Virus record (IMG/VR): IMGVR_UViG_3300028275_000006 | Span: 124,001 to 188,000 of that record | Direction: 5' to 3' (one strand) | Length of the DNA: 64,000 nt | In this document: piece after piece, positions 61,921 through 64,000 of the stretch | Layout of the letters: the number at the start of each line of letters is the position of its first letter | Numbering within the stretch: position 1 is the stretch's first letter | The notes under the pieces: model-generated | Seen by the model: the letters and a program-made list of their open reading frames with translations, nothing else | The model's database searches: none | Told to the model about the DNA's origin: nothing | Translations under genes and position numbers: made by a program

Positions 61921-62113
61921 TTGGATATACGTAAGAAGAATGTTTACCTTGTACTTTAATTAACAGACTCTTACGTATAAGACTTTCGATTATGGATTGC
62001 TCTCTTTCATTAAATCCTGCTAAGATGCTGGGCTCAGTGATAGTTTCAAGAAGTTCTTGTTCCTCCTTGCTGGTCCATACATCTATTTTTCTTACAAATT
62101 CGTTAATTTTCAT
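61913..62113 (-). CDS. small hypothetical protein
   Basis: MKINEF start, coupled ORF. Confidence 0.65.
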   Translation of the reverse strand: MKINEFVRKIDVWTSKEEQELLETITEPSILAGFNEREQSIIESLIRKSLLIKVQGKHSSYVYPNV

Positions 62114-62373
62114 TTTAATTCAGCCATCTGCTTTTTAAGGTCAGTTATCTGTTTTGTTAAATCAGCGATTTGATCAGTAATTTCTTTTTTCTTGTCTTGC
62201 ACTTCTTTTTGATGCTGTGCTATCTGTAACTGCATTTGTTTTTGCTGTGCGGCAGGATCCTGAGCAACCATTTGATTATTAGGATCCAGTGTGGCTCCTT
62301 GCGCTGTGGCTCCTGGAGCGGGCGCGGCACCTGGTGCTGGGGGTACTGCTTCTAATAAGTCTGATATTTTCAT
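62110..62373 (-). CDS. small coiled-coil protein
   Basis: MKISDLLEA start. Confidence 0.65.
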   Translation of the reverse strand: MKISDLLEAVPPAPGAAPAPGATAQGATLDPNNQMVAQDPAAQQKQMQLQIAQHQKEVQDKKKEITDQIADLTKQITDLKKQMAELK

Positions 62374-63098
62374 AGTTGTCTCTGCTCTATACTTAATTCT
62401 TGATCTTGTAGTGTGTTAATATGATCATTGAGTTTTTCGATCCATCCCTGACTGCGTAGCATTTTGAATACTAAATTCTCTGTGCCAAATTCTCCATCAC
62501 GGGCTAGACCTGCCTGTCGCATACGTTTTATGTCTTTCCACATATCTTCTGCTAGGGCAATGTCATTGTCGCCTAACACTACAATAATTCTATCTCTGTA
62601 GTTCTTGTACTTATCCTTAACATCCTGTGTGTTAATATCTACATCTTGTCGTGTGGGTTTTTCAATCCAACGACTCCTTAACACGCTGTAAATTCCCAAA
62701 CTGTGGTGCTCTTGGTTTACGTCCTGGGCATATAGCTCTACGTCTATACCTCGCACTTTGATGTCATGTCTAGCATTATATACATTTTTCTTGGCATCCA
62801 GCAGTTCGCGGAATTCTGGCTTGTCTGGTACAGCAACAACAATGTGCAGATCCAAGTCACTCTGTGGAGTATAACTGAATGCCGCGTTACTGCCGCTGAC
62901 TGTGATATCTTTAACGTCTAACTCAACTCCTATGAAATCTTTAAAGTGGCGAGCAATATCAATCAACGCTCTGCGTACTTCCCCGTGCATCATACCCGAC
63001 TCAGTGAACAATTTAGGGTTCAGTATGTCGTGGAAGACCACAGCATTACTAATGCTAAAGTCGGGACTAGGAATACCAGTTAATTCTGTGACGTTCAT
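62370..63098 (-). CDS. Pol-beta-superfamily nucleotidyltransferase
   Basis: SGSNA...SDLDLH (GS-x-DxD) and downstream DVELY; start MNVTEL after TAAATA. Confidence 0.75.
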   Translation of the reverse strand: MNVTELTGIPSPDFSISNAVVFHDILNPKLFTESGMMHGEVRRALIDIARHFKDFIGVELDVKDITVSGSNAAFSYTPQSDLDLHIVVAVPDKPEFRELLDAKKNVYNARHDIKVRGIDVELYAQDVNQEHHSLGIYSVLRSRWIEKPTRQDVDINTQDVKDKYKNYRDRIIVVLGDNDIALAEDMWKDIKRMRQAGLARDGEFGTENLVFKMLRSQGWIEKLNDHINTLQDQELSIEQRQL

Positions 63099-63105
63099 AC
63101 TATAT

Positions 63106-63531
63106 TTATTCGTCGTCCGACGCAAAAATTACTGTGTTCTTGTGCTGTGGAGATTTAGTATCCAGCAGAGCACGTTCCAAGTCTGCTGTTTCGTTCAAGT
63201 CTACAATCATTGGAATGAAGTTTAAATCTTCAATTAACAGACCTGCATTGTTTCCTTCTGCATCTTTGTATCCGTCAGCATACTCTATGCTAAACTTAAA
63301 TGTCCAGATATTGTGCTGGCCTTTGTAGGCAGATCCAAATCCATAGTCCTTGACATCATCTTCCCTAAGTTTGGGACTGTTGATGTAGTGCGGGTTTACA
63401 CGCATACCTATGGTTTGAATCAACATTGTAAAGTTTTGATTTTGGAAATAGTCTATTTCCTTGCCCGGCTCTTTTCTTCGCTGTCCAGTCTCAGTAATAT
63501 CTACTAACGTCTGTATGGTAAACTCTTTCAT
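63106..63531 (-). CDS. hypothetical late protein
   Basis: Start MKEFTIQTLVDIT after TAAATA. Confidence 0.7.
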   Translation of the reverse strand: MKEFTIQTLVDITETGQRRKEPGKEIDYFQNQNFTMLIQTIGMRVNPHYINSPKLREDDVKDYGFGSAYKGQHNIWTFKFSIEYADGYKDAEGNNAGLLIEDLNFIPMIVDLNETADLERALLDTKSPQHKNTVIFASDDE

Positions 63532-63595
63532 GTGAGTATTTAACAGCCACAAAAAAAGCCCTAGTTAAACTAGAGCTTTAATGTATCCTGTTGGT

Positions 63596-63838
63596 TCAAC
63601 CCATCTTTAATAAGATTGCTACTACTAACGAAATAACGCCTGCAATGATAGTGCCGGCTGTGCCAATAATAACTTTGGTTAAACTCTTTTGACCTTCGAT
63701 GATATCGTTATGCACTGACTCTACTTTTTCTTCAAGTGCAGTTAAACGACCTTCAAGTTGTCCATAGCGTAAAGCACAAAGGTCAACGTGTGCTTCTAAA
63801 CTAGTTTTTTCTAATTCTGTTGTAGGCGCTGTAGCCAT
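63596..63838 (-). CDS. coiled-coil plus C-terminal TM protein (XhlA/holin-like)
   Basis: SLEAHVDLCALRY, coiled coil, C-terminal TM. Confidence 0.65.
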   Translation of the reverse strand: MATAPTTELEKTSLEAHVDLCALRYGQLEGRLTALEEKVESVHNDIIEGQKSLTKVIIGTAGTIIAGVISLVVAILLKMG

Positions 63839-64000
63839 GTTTTATCTCCAAAATAAAAATACATGCCTAGTTGTGTGCCTTTGTTATATTTATTTATCGG
63901 TATTGACCGATTTGCGACCTTTGACAAAGTCTTTGATGTCTCGAAGTTCCACCAAGACTTCACCAACATTGTCTCTAGTTTTATCCCACTGGTGTACTAG

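Overview
64 kb of a large, gene-dense T4-like/jumbo dsDNA phage genome, almost all on the minus strand. There is no rRNA, CRISPR array or transposase. A Betaproteobacteria-like host is my inference from the DnaK, IscU/IscA and AhpC/AhpD sequences. From left to right: (1) an RNA-repair trio (RNA ligase, metallophosphoesterase, HCxxGxxR phosphatase); (2) a ~7.7 kb array of 33 tRNAs covering all 20 amino acids, interleaved with about ten unannotated structured RNAs, including a ~900-nt GOLLD-like RNA with a tRNA inside it, and preceded by a leader-peptide terminator/antiterminator; (3) ahpC/ahpD with an OxyR-like operator; (4) rIIA/rIIB; (5) a circularly permuted two-piece tmRNA and ClpP; (6) a desaturase and a DD-peptidase; (7) a curli-like export and signalling module (CsgG, CsgF, two curlin-repeat proteins, FecR, CHASE2 adenylate cyclase); (8) heme oxygenase plus PcyX-type bilin reductase, ClpS, Hsp20 and DnaK (both heat-shock genes with ROSE-like leaders) and ribosomal protein S21; (9) SleB, Fe-S assembly genes, PAAR and nrdAB; (10) late virion genes, including a clear programmed -1 frameshift signal. 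All calls come from reading motifs and base-pairing by eye. No database searches were run.
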